Part shown: positions 8,511-18,549 of the stretch, piece by piece
How the letters are laid out: every line of letters starts with the position of its first letter
Position numbering within the stretch: the first letter of the stretch is position 1
From: Candidatus Bipolaricaulia bacterium
GTDB lineage: Bacteria; Bipolaricaulota; Bipolaricaulia; M55B111
DNA length: 48,565 bases
NCBI GenBank assembly: GCA_042218715.1
Contig: JBDGQU010000158.1
Location: 1 to 48,565 of the forward strand
Direction: 5' to 3'
The notes under the pieces: model-generated
What the model was told of the DNA's origin: nothing
The model's input: the letters and a program-made list of their open reading frames with translations, nothing else
The model's database searches: none
Translations under genes and position numbers: made by a program

Positions 8511-9941
8511 ATGACAAAAAAAGTGGCTTTCTATACGTTAGGCTGCAAAGCGAATCAATACGATACTGAGAGTATGAAAGAGGCCATAAGGGACGAACCG
8601 GGCTGTCAAGTAGTGCCTTTTTCAGGGGATGAGGATCCGGACGCGGTAGTAGTAAATACCTGCAGCGTCACTAACGGTGCAGATAGAAAGTCTAGAAAAT
8701 ACGTCAGACGGGCGGCTCGAAAGGGAGATCTGGTGATGGTAACAGGTTGTTATACAACTCTCGACTCGGACGATGTAGCTGAAATTTCGGGAGTGGACGT
8801 AATATTTACAAATCTCCACAAGAACGGAATAGTAGATATCTTAAATAGAGCTGAATCGGGGTTCAGGGGAAAAGTAGAAAGCTCCACGGGTAAGAACGGG
8901 AATCTCGACAACCAGGTTATTTCAAAGGACAGCAGCCATACGAGAGCGTTCCTGAAAATCCAGGACGGGTGTAGCAACTCTTGTACTTTTTGCAAAGTTC
9001 AGTTCCTGAGGGGGCCAGCCAGAAGTAAATCTCCGTCCAGAATTATGGAGGAGGCCGGTAAACTGGGAGATCACGGCTTTCGGGAGTTAGTATTAACCGG
9101 AATTAACCTTGCCGAGTACGGCGGAGAGGAGTACGGTTTGGCCGAGTTGATTCGGAAGTTGTCCCGGCTTGAGAAGATATCAAGGATAAGGTTGAGTTCA
9201 ATCAATCCAGACGGAATAACCAGGGAACTACTGGAGGCTTTTAAAAATTCGGAAAAAACCTGTCCATATTTTCACGTTCCACTCCAATCCGGGTCCAACA
9301 GAATTCTGGAGAAAATGAACAGGGGTTATACCCGAGAATTTTACTTAAAGAAGATCAATTTAATTAAGCAATATCTATCCGACCCTACAATTGGAACTGA
9401 CCTGATGGTAGGGTTTCCCGGGGAAGAAGAAACTGACTTTGCCCGGACCAAAGAAACGGTGAGAAAAGCAGAATACATTAACGGTCACGTATTCCGCTAC
9501 TCGCCTCGGGATGCCACCCCGGCGTCCGACTTTGAGGAAAGGGTGAACTCGTCAACAAAGAAACGGAGAGCGGACGAACTTCGATCCTTGTTAACCTCTG
9601 TAAGCTTGAGCTATAGACGGGGGTTCGAGAACAGTGGCCGGGAAATGATAATTGAAGAGCCCAGCGATAAAATCGATGGCTGGAGAGGGTATTCGAGGAA
9701 TTATCTGAATATCCACCTTAGTTCCGCGAACCAGTCCGGAGATTTGGAGCCGGGAGAAACCGTAGAAGCAAAAGTAGTAGACGTAAAAGAAGGTTTTTGT
9801 CTGGCAAAACCGTTAAACTACGACCGGGAACTTTGGAAAGAAGACAGAAAAAAATTAACCCGGGACAAGAAAAAAGCAGGGAGTGATAAAAATCGACGAG
9901 AACGAGACCATAGAGAGAGAGCTAACCCTGAGGGACCATGA
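8511..9941 (+). CDS. Radical-SAM methylthiotransferase, MiaB/MtaB/RimO family (likely MtaB) with a highly charged C-terminal tail
   Basis: N-terminal YTLGCKANQYDTE (UPF0004 domain), radical SAM CSNSCTFCKV, and a TRAM-like C-terminal region. Confidence 0.85.
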   Translation: MTKKVAFYTLGCKANQYDTESMKEAIRDEPGCQVVPFSGDEDPDAVVVNTCSVTNGADRKSRKYVRRAARKGDLVMVTGCYTTLDSDDVAEISGVDVIFTNLHKNGIVDILNRAESGFRGKVESSTGKNGNLDNQVISKDSSHTRAFLKIQDGCSNSCTFCKVQFLRGPARSKSPSRIMEEAGKLGDHGFRELVLTGINLAEYGGEEYGLAELIRKLSRLEKISRIRLSSINPDGITRELLEAFKNSEKTCPYFHVPLQSGSNRILEKMNRGYTREFYLKKINLIKQYLSDPTIGTDLMVGFPGEEETDFARTKETVRKAEYINGHVFRYSPRDATPASDFEERVNSSTKKRRADELRSLLTSVSLSYRRGFENSGREMIIEEPSDKIDGWRGYSRNYLNIHLSSANQSGDLEPGETVEAKVVDVKEGFCLAKPLNYDRELWKEDRKKLTRDKKKAGSDKNRRERDHRERANPEGP

Positions 9942-10857
9942 CCAAACTGTGACTCTGTTGGGCCAGTACAACAAGAACCTGAAGTACATCCGCGAAAACT
10001 TCGACGCTCAGATTTTAGTCAGAGACGGGATAATAAAGATAAGCGGCAACCGAAAAGAGGTAGAGCAGGTCCGATCGTTATTCGACGAGCTGCTGGAAAT
10101 GATAGACGCGGGCCAATCTCTAACCCACGAAGAAGTAAAAAAAATGACCCGAATGGCAAAAGAAGGAAAGGGAGCTGAATTAAAAGGCGTGCTATCAGAC
10201 GTTATTCAAACTACTTACTGGGGAGAACAAATAAAGCCAAAATCGATCAACCAGAAAAAATACGTCGAAGCAATAAGGGAAAAAGATATAGTATTCTGCA
10301 TTGGCCCCGCCGGGACCGGTAAAACGTACCTCGCGGTTGCGATGGGGATAGAGTTTTTGAAAAAAGGAAAAGTCAAGAGAATTATACTTACCAGGCCCGC
10401 GGTCGAAGCCGGGGAAGAGCTCGGATTTCTACCCGGAGACATGCAGGCAAAAGTTAATCCTTACCTTCGACCTCTCTACGATGCGATTTACGATATGATA
10501 CCAGGGGAAGAATTCGAAAGACTCAAAGAGGAAGGTCGGATAGAGATCGCCCCTCTGGCTTTTATGAGAGGGAGAACGCTCAACAATTCTTTCGTGATAC
10601 TGGACGAAGCTCAAAACACCACTTCCACCCAGTTGAAAATGTTCCTTACCCGGTTGGGATTCGATTCAAAGGCCGTCATCACAGGGGATATTACGCAAAT
10701 CGACTTGAAGAAAGATGCATCTGGTCTGAGTCACGACAGGAAATTCCTCGAAAATATACCAGGAATCGAATTCATATACCTCACCAAAACGGATGTAGTC
10801 CGACACGATCTGGTGAAGAAAATTATCGAAGCCTATGAATCAGAATCCACGAAATAG
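9883..10857 (+). CDS. phoH: PhoH-like ATPase
   Basis: Walker A GPAGTGKTYLAV, plus ILDEAQN and ITGDITQIDL. GTG start overlaps the upstream gene by 59 nt. Confidence 0.9.
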   Translation: MIKIDENETIERELTLRDHDQTVTLLGQYNKNLKYIRENFDAQILVRDGIIKISGNRKEVEQVRSLFDELLEMIDAGQSLTHEEVKKMTRMAKEGKGAELKGVLSDVIQTTYWGEQIKPKSINQKKYVEAIREKDIVFCIGPAGTGKTYLAVAMGIEFLKKGKVKRIILTRPAVEAGEELGFLPGDMQAKVNPYLRPLYDAIYDMIPGEEFERLKEEGRIEIAPLAFMRGRTLNNSFVILDEAQNTTSTQLKMFLTRLGFDSKAVITGDITQIDLKKDASGLSHDRKFLENIPGIEFIYLTKTDVVRHDLVKKIIEAYESESTK

Positions 10858-12373
10858 CGGCAATCAGATCGGACTTACCCGGTTCACCGAGAAGTTAAAG
10901 GGACAATCACCCGAAGCCAGCTCCAGGAAAGGTCTATGGTTGTCCGGATACGTTTTATTGATATCTTTTCTGTTTACCTTTAATTTCCAAACCACCGAGC
11001 CGTTTTTTGTCTTTCTTCCCTGGAAGGAAGCAGTTGCCCACGGATTGGTGATAGCGATAACCGCCGTAGCTACGATATCTTATCTTTCGCTAAGAAAAGA
11101 CGAATTGACCAACGATAACAGGTTAATGGTCTTTCTTATGGGAACCACTCTCATTTTACTTTTAACGATAAAAGGAGCAGCGCTAGTCTCTTTGTATCTC
11201 GTACCCGTGGCGTTCGCCACGGCCTTAACAACTCTCTTCATCGGTTTTGAAACCGGTCTCAGTATTAATCTTTTTCTCGCCATAGCCGTTGCCGTCCAGC
11301 CGGGAACTTCAGGATCCATTGGTCCGGTGATAGTCGCCTTCGCCGGAGGATTAGTGGGGATATTGGAAACCAGGGATATCACTCGAATGTCGGACCTGAC
11401 GAGCATAGGCATTTCCGTCGGTCTGATAAATGCCGTGCTTGTTTTTGCCTTTAGATTTCCCACACTAAGATCCCCGTTTATTGTAAACCTAGACTGGCCT
11501 AACTACTGGTGGGCAGCACTGAACGGATTTGCCAGCGCTCTATTCATAGCGGCTGCAGTACCCACGGCAGAAAGGATAACTCAAACTACAAGTCCTATCG
11601 GCTTGATGGAGTTGCTTAACCCTTCTCATCCACTCATGGAGAGGTTAAGGCTAGAAACACCGGGAACCTATCACCACAGCCAGAATATCGCGAGCCTTGG
11701 AGAAAGCGCTGCCCGGGCAATAGGAGCCGATCCTCTGTTGACAAAGGTGGGAGGATACTATCACGACATAGGGAAAATGGTTAGACCGGACTTCTTCATC
11801 GAAAACCAGTCCAGGAATTCAAATCCCCATGACGATCTTACCCCTTCGATGAGCAAAATAGTCCTTACTTCCCATATTAAACAGGGAATAAACCTTGGCG
11901 AGAGGTACGGACTAAGAAAGGACGTATTGAGCTTCATCCCCAGCCACCACGGCACCTCGTTGATAAAATATTTCTACCTTAAAGCATTGAGAGAAGGAAA
12001 AGAGGAGGAAGATTTTCCCGAAGGTGATTTCCGCTACGAAGGTGAACTTCCCAGGACAAAAGAAACGACTATAATTGCTCTGGCAGATCCCGTGGAAGCG
12101 GCTTCCCATACACTTGACGACGTCGGTCAGGGGCTAGAGGAAATGGTAGAAGAACAGATAGATTCGAAAATAGCCGACGGACAATTAGACCATAGCCCGC
12201 TTACCCTGGATGAAATAGCGGCAATAAAAAAAGCATTCGTAGAAACTCTCCGAGCTATGGACCAGCGCAGGGTAAAAAATTACCCGAATAAACGGCCGGG
12301 CGAACTAGGTGAAGAAGGACTGGAAGAAGACCGAAGCGAAGCGGAGAATCGAGGAACCGCAACGGGAAATTGA
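10835..12373 (+). CDS. 7TM-receptor/HD (HDIG) membrane phosphohydrolase, PgpH-like (candidate c-di-AMP phosphodiesterase)
   Basis: Multi-TM N-terminal half, then HHSQNIA...YYHDIGK...SHHG HD-domain motifs. The phoH-pgpH order resembles Firmicutes. Confidence 0.8.
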   Translation: MNQNPRNSGNQIGLTRFTEKLKGQSPEASSRKGLWLSGYVLLISFLFTFNFQTTEPFFVFLPWKEAVAHGLVIAITAVATISYLSLRKDELTNDNRLMVFLMGTTLILLLTIKGAALVSLYLVPVAFATALTTLFIGFETGLSINLFLAIAVAVQPGTSGSIGPVIVAFAGGLVGILETRDITRMSDLTSIGISVGLINAVLVFAFRFPTLRSPFIVNLDWPNYWWAALNGFASALFIAAAVPTAERITQTTSPIGLMELLNPSHPLMERLRLETPGTYHHSQNIASLGESAARAIGADPLLTKVGGYYHDIGKMVRPDFFIENQSRNSNPHDDLTPSMSKIVLTSHIKQGINLGERYGLRKDVLSFIPSHHGTSLIKYFYLKALREGKEEEDFPEGDFRYEGELPRTKETTIIALADPVEAASHTLDDVGQGLEEMVEEQIDSKIADGQLDHSPLTLDEIAAIKKAFVETLRAMDQRRVKNYPNKRPGELGEEGLEEDRSEAENRGTATGN

Positions 12374-12551
12374 AGAACACAATTACTGTTGGCACTCCCC
12401 AGACGATCCGGTCATAACCGACCGCGAATGCTATTTAATTTCCAACCACCGGGTAAAGTTTAAAAGGTTAAAATTAACTCACTCTTCCGAAACTTTCACC
12501 CACCACCTTGAGGAAAGTTACCTGTAGGTATAATCTACCACTGAACGGGGG

Positions 12552-13250
12552 TCAAAACCCAAGTCTTCGATACCACTTTTCTCCCTTAATCCCGAGATAT
12601 TCCGCGGCCCGCTTTACGTCTTCAAGTGCCGCAGCCAGGAAAATCCGGTCCCCGATCTCTATAGATCGATTTCCCCGGGGAATGATAAACTCGTCCTCGC
12701 GGTAGATTCCTGCGATAACGCAGTCCTCGGGGAACCGCTTGTCCTGAGTAATCTCAGCAATAGTTTCGTCAGCGGCTCTTGAATTTTCGGGAACCGAGAC
12801 GATAACTATGGAAGCCTTGCCCCCACCAAACGTGGCCACCCGCTGCAACTTGGGCTGTTCGATCTCCATGGTAAACTGATCCAGGTAGAGTTCGACAACG
12901 TTAATTATTTTAGTGACTCCAGCTGCTTCGTAGGCATCTTCGTACTTCGAGTTTCTCATCCTTGTAAAAATCCTGGAAACACCATAGTTATTAGCCAGTA
13001 AAGAAAAAGAAAGATTATCGGCGTCCCTCCGCATCAGCGCGACCGCCACGTCTGCCTCGTCGAGCCCGGCGTCCTCGAGCACGTCCACGTTCGTCGCGTC
13101 TCCGTTGACCGAAACCGCGCCGTATTCCCGATATACCTTATTGCATGCCTCTTCGTCTTTGTCTACCACCACTACATCGTGCTTACCCTCAACCAGCCTT
13201 TTCGCCAGCCCCCTACCGAGTAAACCGGCACCGGCAATCACTATATACAT
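12552..13250 (-). CDS. trkA: Trk/Ktr K+ uptake regulatory subunit (RCK: NAD-binding plus C-terminal domain)
   Basis: MYIVIAGAGLLGRGLAKRL Rossmann motif. 232 aa, directly downstream of trkH. Confidence 0.85.
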   Translation of the reverse strand: MYIVIAGAGLLGRGLAKRLVEGKHDVVVVDKDEEACNKVYREYGAVSVNGDATNVDVLEDAGLDEADVAVALMRRDADNLSFSLLANNYGVSRIFTRMRNSKYEDAYEAAGVTKIINVVELYLDQFTMEIEQPKLQRVATFGGGKASIVIVSVPENSRAADETIAEITQDKRFPEDCVIAGIYREDEFIIPRGNRSIEIGDRIFLAAALEDVKRAAEYLGIKGEKWYRRLGF

Positions 13251-13253
13251 AAA

Positions 13254-14735
13254 TTACCTCCAAACAATCCTGGTAAATAACATAATAATTGGTAAAATTT
13301 CCAGCCTTCCAGCCAACATACCGACGATGTAAGTAATTCTAATTATTGGGTGTAGTCCCGGCCAATCTTCCAGGGGTATGTAGCTCGGCCCCATATTACC
13401 CATTGCCGAGAACATACCCGATACGGAAGCCAGTACACCCAGATTCGAGAAATAAGCAGTAATCAAACTTCCTATCAGTAAAAATCCCATCCAGGCGAAC
13501 AAAAGAGCAGCTATTCTCCGTATTTCCTTAGTCGGTATAACTTCTCCATCTACAATTAACAGGTTTACGGCTCGCGACGGAAGGGACAATGACCTGATTT
13601 GCCGGGCAACCATTTTTCCCAGTATTCCCACCCGGAGGACCTTAAATCCGCCGGCGGTCGACCCGACACTACCCCCAACAACCATGAGAACCAGAAAGAC
13701 TATTTTAGCTCCCGTGGGGAAGTACATACTTCCTATATCTTTCGTGGCGTAGCCCGTAGAGGTAACAAGGGCAACCACCTGAAAGAGTCCGTATCGGATT
13801 ACGTCCCAGGCTTCAGAGACCCCGAAATTTACGAAGTGGCTAAGCGCGACCAGGGCGAGACCGCCAAGGATAATCTTCCAGAATAGCCTTATCTCCAGAC
13901 CCTCCCACAGGGCTTTTAGTTTGCCACGTAACACTCGGTAATGAACGACGAAACTCATTCCACCCAGAGTCATCGCCCATATAAAAGTAAATTCGATCAT
14001 TCGGTAATTGGAATAACCCGCCTGGCGAAAGTAATCGATACTTGCGTCATGGGTCGAAAAACCTCCGGTCGAAGGAGCAGTAAGGGCGTGATTTAGAGCA
14101 TCAAACCAGGTCAGGCCCTCCAGAAACAATACCACCCCAATTACAACGGTGAAAAGGCTATAAATTGACCAGAGGATCTTTAGAGTATGAAAGAGCCCCG
14201 GAGCTGGCCGTTCGGAAAATATTTTATGGCTCTCCGCCCCGAAGAGCTTGTGCGAAACCTCCCCCCGAAACACCAGAATCAAAAACAGGGTCAGTATTCC
14301 CAATCCGCCAATCCACTGGGTAAGTGACCTCCAGAAAAGTATATGGTGAGGCATCGAGTCGAGACCCTGCAGGACTGTTATTCCTGTCGTAGTAAAGCCA
14401 CTGGTGGACTCGAAAATAGCGTTTAAAAACCCTATATCGAGCCCCAGAAACAAAGGTAAGGCTCCGATAATCGAGACAACTATCCAGCCAAGGGAGACTA
14501 CGACAAGTGACTCCTTACCGCTCAACGGTCTGAAGTCAATTGACCTGTTCAAGAAACCACCCAAAAGCAGGGACAAGCCGGCCGGAACCACGAACGGTAA
14601 CACGACGGGGAAATTAAATGAAATCTGGGACGAGAACGGTATCATCGTCAGCGGAGCAAGCAGTATGAACCCAAACACCCAGAGCAAAGCCCCTACGTAA
14701 CGAAACCTTGTTAACCAGTGTTCGATTTTCATCAA
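13254..14735 (-). CDS. trkH: Trk/Ktr-type K+ transporter membrane subunit
   Basis: 493-aa polytopic protein with repeated selectivity-filter-like motifs TTTGIT, STGGFS, TSTGYA and GSTAGGFK. Confidence 0.85.
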   Translation of the reverse strand: MMKIEHWLTRFRYVGALLWVFGFILLAPLTMIPFSSQISFNFPVVLPFVVPAGLSLLLGGFLNRSIDFRPLSGKESLVVVSLGWIVVSIIGALPLFLGLDIGFLNAIFESTSGFTTTGITVLQGLDSMPHHILFWRSLTQWIGGLGILTLFLILVFRGEVSHKLFGAESHKIFSERPAPGLFHTLKILWSIYSLFTVVIGVVLFLEGLTWFDALNHALTAPSTGGFSTHDASIDYFRQAGYSNYRMIEFTFIWAMTLGGMSFVVHYRVLRGKLKALWEGLEIRLFWKIILGGLALVALSHFVNFGVSEAWDVIRYGLFQVVALVTSTGYATKDIGSMYFPTGAKIVFLVLMVVGGSVGSTAGGFKVLRVGILGKMVARQIRSLSLPSRAVNLLIVDGEVIPTKEIRRIAALLFAWMGFLLIGSLITAYFSNLGVLASVSGMFSAMGNMGPSYIPLEDWPGLHPIIRITYIVGMLAGRLEILPIIMLFTRIVWR

Positions 14736-15114
14736 ACAACCCCTGTTCTTTATCTTCTCTATAAGAAATCTAATATTTTCCCCGGGATTAGTACTACCAA
14801 AACCTTAATCCCATCATAAAAAAAGTGGGCCCAGTTTGCCAGAACCACTACCCTAGCACAACCCTCTCCGATGTAAATAGCACATAATTTTCCTTCTGTT
14901 AACCCGGTCGACTTTTCGGCGTAACTAGATTGATGGTGTCAAGAACCCTGTCCCGAAGAACGGGGCCTGTAGAAATACCAGCTGATTAATATCCGGGGCA
15001 AGCCTTAGGGAACTATCAGCTAGCTTTGGTAAAAGTTCTTAGATCGGGATGCTTTGTATTTTTCTTCAGCTTGTGCTATATTTTATCAAACTCAAAACCC
15101 AGGGGGAAATATAG

Positions 15115-15537
15115 ATGTCCAATCGACCCGTAGACTATCTGAAAGAGGTACCTCTATTTTCTAGCTTCAGTGACAAACAGCTCAAATCGGTAATAAAGAC
15201 AGCCAAAGAGAAAGATTTCGAGAAAGGAAAAGCAATAGTTAGGGAAGGAGAATCAACTAAAGCTGGCTTTTACCTGATCCTCGACGGACAAGTAGCGGTT
15301 AAGCGGGGCGACAAGGTCCTGACAAAACTTGGCTCGGGACAATTTTTCGGCGAAATGGCCGTGCTGGACGAGAAGCCCCGGTCGGCTGACGTGATAACGC
15401 TTACTGATACCAAATGTCTTCTATTGACAAACTGGGACTTCAAAGCTTTAATCAAGACCTATCCGGACATGGCGATGAAGGTAATCGCGGAACTTGCCAC
15501 CAGACTACGCCAGACAAGCCAGGCTCTGACAAAATAG
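15115..15537 (+). CDS. Stand-alone cyclic-nucleotide-binding domain protein
   Basis: FFGEMAVLDEKPRSADV phosphate-binding-cassette motif. 140 aa. A candidate extended -10 element (TGcTATATT) lies at 15074-15082. Confidence 0.8.
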   Translation: MSNRPVDYLKEVPLFSSFSDKQLKSVIKTAKEKDFEKGKAIVREGESTKAGFYLILDGQVAVKRGDKVLTKLGSGQFFGEMAVLDEKPRSADVITLTDTKCLLLTNWDFKALIKTYPDMAMKVIAELATRLRQTSQALTK

Positions 15538-15603
15538 ATATTTCCAGGGCCTCCTTGTGCCAGAACAGGACGAAAAGGCCGTACTATTTAGCGACATTTC
15601 GGC

Positions 15604-16071
15604 TCACAAATTTTCTCCCTGATACTGACCTTCGTAGCCTTCGGGCACCTCGTCCTCCAGGCCAAAGAATACCAGCTGGCCCACTCGGGCATTCTTCTCC
15701 AGAACTATCCCTCGGGGATTAAATACCTGTAACAAACCCTGCCCTCTGCCCTCGTAACCCGGGTCCCACACGGCGGTAACGAGGTGACACCCATTTCTCA
15801 TCAACGAAGATCGAGGAAATACGAGCCCCATCGCATTCTCCGGCACCAGGATCTTTTCGTTGTATGTAATCCTGTAGGAAGTTCCACCTTCCAATTTATC
15901 TCCGTGGAGTTCTTCACCCCCGGCAATTTTCCGGGTCGAATTGTCAAAATCTATCCTACCAGGTTCTGTAAACCTTTCGACCTTGCCCACGGTCAAATCT
16001 ATCCCTGCTTGCTGGCGCTGGACGTCTCTGTCAATCGTGTTTTTTACGTAACCTTCTCCGGAAATAATCAT
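15604..16071 (-). CDS. dCTP deaminase/dUTPase superfamily protein (archaeal-type dUTP diphosphatase-like)
   Basis: 155 aa. GIDLTVGKV, VWDPGYEGRG and ARVGQLVF resemble the Dcd/Dut trimeric family. Confidence 0.65.
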   Translation of the reverse strand: MIISGEGYVKNTIDRDVQRQQAGIDLTVGKVERFTEPGRIDFDNSTRKIAGGEELHGDKLEGGTSYRITYNEKILVPENAMGLVFPRSSLMRNGCHLVTAVWDPGYEGRGQGLLQVFNPRGIVLEKNARVGQLVFFGLEDEVPEGYEGQYQGENL

Positions 16072-16180
16072 CTGTCTAGATCACCGTTCATTGGGAATTG
16101 ATTAAGGTTAAGGTAGTCGAATACCAAAGAAAAGGTTAATACTGGGTCCGGGTTGTTTGATTCAGGAATCGCAATTAATA

Positions 16181-16210
16181 TTGATATGTCGTTAGCGATA
16201 TATCGTTAGC
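16181..16210. promoter_or_regulatory. Candidate PadR operator: direct repeat tcgttagc x2 around the palindrome cgatatatcg
   Basis: ATGT(16186-16189)-N8-ATAT(16198-16201) has one mismatch from the PadR ATGT-N8-ACAT consensus. Perfect 10-bp palindrome at 16196-16205. Lies 20-40 nt upstream of the padR TTG start. Confidence 0.35.
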
Positions 16211-16226
16211 AATAGGGAGGAACAAA

Positions 16227-16745
16227 TTGAGAGGAGTTAGAAGAGGATTTCTCAAGTACTACATATTAAAACTTCTAAAAGAAGATAATTACTCGGGATA
16301 CGGACTTATAAAGGAAATAGAAGAGGAAACGGGATTCTGGGAACCTTCGACGGGGTCCGTCTACCCGCTGCTGGAATCGCTGGAAGATCAGGGGTTGATT
16401 GAAGGAGAGGAAACGGACCGAGGAAGTTCCTGGGGAATAACCGACAAGGGAAAGAAGGCTTACGAGGAAGCGTCCGAGGCAAAATCTAAAATGAGAGAGA
16501 GCCTAAAACAATCGATGTTAGTCTTTTCCCAAATCTTTAATGAAGAGCAAATCAGGGAAGTAGCCGAAAGAATTAGCGATGGTTGTGAATCCACCAGCGG
16601 GCTAAGGAGAAAAATTCAAGGCCTGCACCATAGATTGCAGGGTAAGGTAGACGACCCCGATTTTAACAATGACGATCTAAAAAGTGTAATAGAAAGCGTT
16701 CACGAAGAGCTTGACGATTTAACAGGAGTGGAGGATAGAGAATGA
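16227..16745 (+). CDS. PadR family transcriptional regulator
   Basis: YYILKLLKEDNYSGYGLIKEIEEETGFWEPSTGSVYPLLESLEDQGLI winged-helix signature. TTG start with AGGGAGG 7 nt upstream. Confidence 0.85.
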   Translation: MRGVRRGFLKYYILKLLKEDNYSGYGLIKEIEEETGFWEPSTGSVYPLLESLEDQGLIEGEETDRGSSWGITDKGKKAYEEASEAKSKMRESLKQSMLVFSQIFNEEQIREVAERISDGCESTSGLRRKIQGLHHRLQGKVDDPDFNNDDLKSVIESVHEELDDLTGVEDRE

Positions 16746-17701
16746 AAAAGGTAATCGAAGTAGAAAACCTGACAAAGGATTACGGGGACCTCAGGGCTGT
16801 AGATGGAATTAATTTCGATGTGTCCGAGGGTGAAATATTCGGGTTTCTTGGTCCAAATGGTGCCGGAAAGACCACAACGATAAAGATGCTCTGTGGTTTA
16901 CTTGCTCCGACTTCTGGAATTGCCCGGATTGCTGGTATGGAAGTGGCAAAAAAGCCAATGGAGATAAGAAAACAGATCGGTCTCGTCTTCCAAACGTCCA
17001 GCCTGGACGATCGGTTGACTGGCCGAGAAAATTTGAGCTTCCACGGCAAACTTTACAACGTTCCGAGGTCCACCGAAAGAGATAGGATCGCAGAACTGAG
17101 CGAAAAAGTCGGGCTAACGGATAGACTGGACGAGCTAACGAGGAACTACTCTGGGGGAATGAAACGCCGGTTAGAACTGATACGAGGATTGTTACACCAT
17201 CCTCACGTACTTTTTCTGGACGAACCGACGCTCGGGTTAGATCCCCAAACCAGAAGTTACATCTGGGATTACATTCAGGAATTAAAGAAAAATGAGGACA
17301 TAAGTATCTTTCTCACGACCCACTACATGGATGAAGTAGAGTTGGCTCAACGAGCTGCGGTGATCGACGAAGGCGAGATTATAGCAATGGATGACATAGA
17401 AGCTCTTAAGGACCAGCTGGGCGGGGATCTTATCTTCATTGAGACGGAAGACAATAAAGCTGCCAAACGGACTCTGGAAAAAGAATTCGGTATCGAAGTA
17501 GATCTTGTCGACTCGAAGCTCAAGTTAACCGTAGAAAAAGGGGAGGAATGGATACCAAAAGTGACAAGTATTTTATCCGGAAAGGTAAGGTCGATTAACC
17601 TGCACGAACCAACAATGGACGATGTCTTCATCCACCTAACCGGAAAGGAAATTAGAGACGCGGAACCCGAAGATAAATCGCTGGCAAGGAGGATACACTA
17701 A
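16742..17701 (+). CDS. ABC transporter ATP-binding protein (DrrA/ABC-2 exporter type)
   Basis: GPNGAGKTT Walker A, YSGGMKRRL signature and LFLDEPT Walker B. 4-nt overlap with padR. Confidence 0.9.
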   Translation: MKKVIEVENLTKDYGDLRAVDGINFDVSEGEIFGFLGPNGAGKTTTIKMLCGLLAPTSGIARIAGMEVAKKPMEIRKQIGLVFQTSSLDDRLTGRENLSFHGKLYNVPRSTERDRIAELSEKVGLTDRLDELTRNYSGGMKRRLELIRGLLHHPHVLFLDEPTLGLDPQTRSYIWDYIQELKKNEDISIFLTTHYMDEVELAQRAAVIDEGEIIAMDDIEALKDQLGGDLIFIETEDNKAAKRTLEKEFGIEVDLVDSKLKLTVEKGEEWIPKVTSILSGKVRSINLHEPTMDDVFIHLTGKEIRDAEPEDKSLARRIH

Positions 17702-18534
17702 TGACTACGTTAAAACACGTCGCGATAATCTGGTATAGGGAATTGCTTCGATACTGGCGGGACAAACCCAGAATCGCCGGATCAGTCGCTATGCCCTTTT
17801 TCTTCCTGATTATATTTGGTTCCGGACTGTCTTCATCTATTGGCCAATTAATGGGAGAAGCGGGGGGATTTAGTATAGATTTTAAGAAGTTTATGTTCCC
17901 CGGGGTAATAGGTATGAATACTCTGTTTACCTCGATGTTCTCCGGCCTGTCGATAGTCCGGGACAAAGAGTTCGGTTTTCTCAAGGAAATCCTCGTGGCA
18001 CCGGTAGGAAGGTTGGCAGTAGCGGGAGGAAAGATCCTCGGTGGTAGTACTGTTACCATGATTCAGGCTACGCTTCTGTTCATATTTGCCCCTCTTGTCG
18101 GAATAAGTGTTACTCCTCTACTTGTAGTGAAGATATGGGGTCTCGTCTTCCTCGGATCGTTGGGCTTTACCAGTCTTGGCACTTTCATCGGATCAAAACT
18201 GGACTCCGCGGAGGGGTTTCAGATGGTAATGAACTTCTTGATAATGCCCATGTTTTTCCTTAGCGGCGCGTTCTTTCCACTTAAAGGCATACCAACGTGG
18301 ATGGCCGCACTCGTCCGAATAAACCCGTTCACATACATAGTTGATTCGATGCGCCAGTTATTTTTCCTTTCCATGGGTATTCCCTCGATCATGATGGAGA
18401 GACTTCCGGAGTTCGGCCTCGGAATATCACTATTCGACGTCAGAGTTACCATTTTGATGGACATAGGCATTATGACCTTCCTATCACTTAGCCTCGCTAC
18501 CCTGGCCGTTAACAGCTTTCACCAAATGAAATAA
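17701..18534 (+). CDS. ABC-2 type transporter permease
   Basis: 277 aa, about 6 TM helices, with the start overlapping the ATPase stop (ATGA). Confidence 0.8.
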   Translation: MTTLKHVAIIWYRELLRYWRDKPRIAGSVAMPFFFLIIFGSGLSSSIGQLMGEAGGFSIDFKKFMFPGVIGMNTLFTSMFSGLSIVRDKEFGFLKEILVAPVGRLAVAGGKILGGSTVTMIQATLLFIFAPLVGISVTPLLVVKIWGLVFLGSLGFTSLGTFIGSKLDSAEGFQMVMNFLIMPMFFLSGAFFPLKGIPTWMAALVRINPFTYIVDSMRQLFFLSMGIPSIMMERLPEFGLGISLFDVRVTILMDIGIMTFLSLSLATLAVNSFHQMK

Positions 18535-18549
18535 TCAACCAACAAGAAA

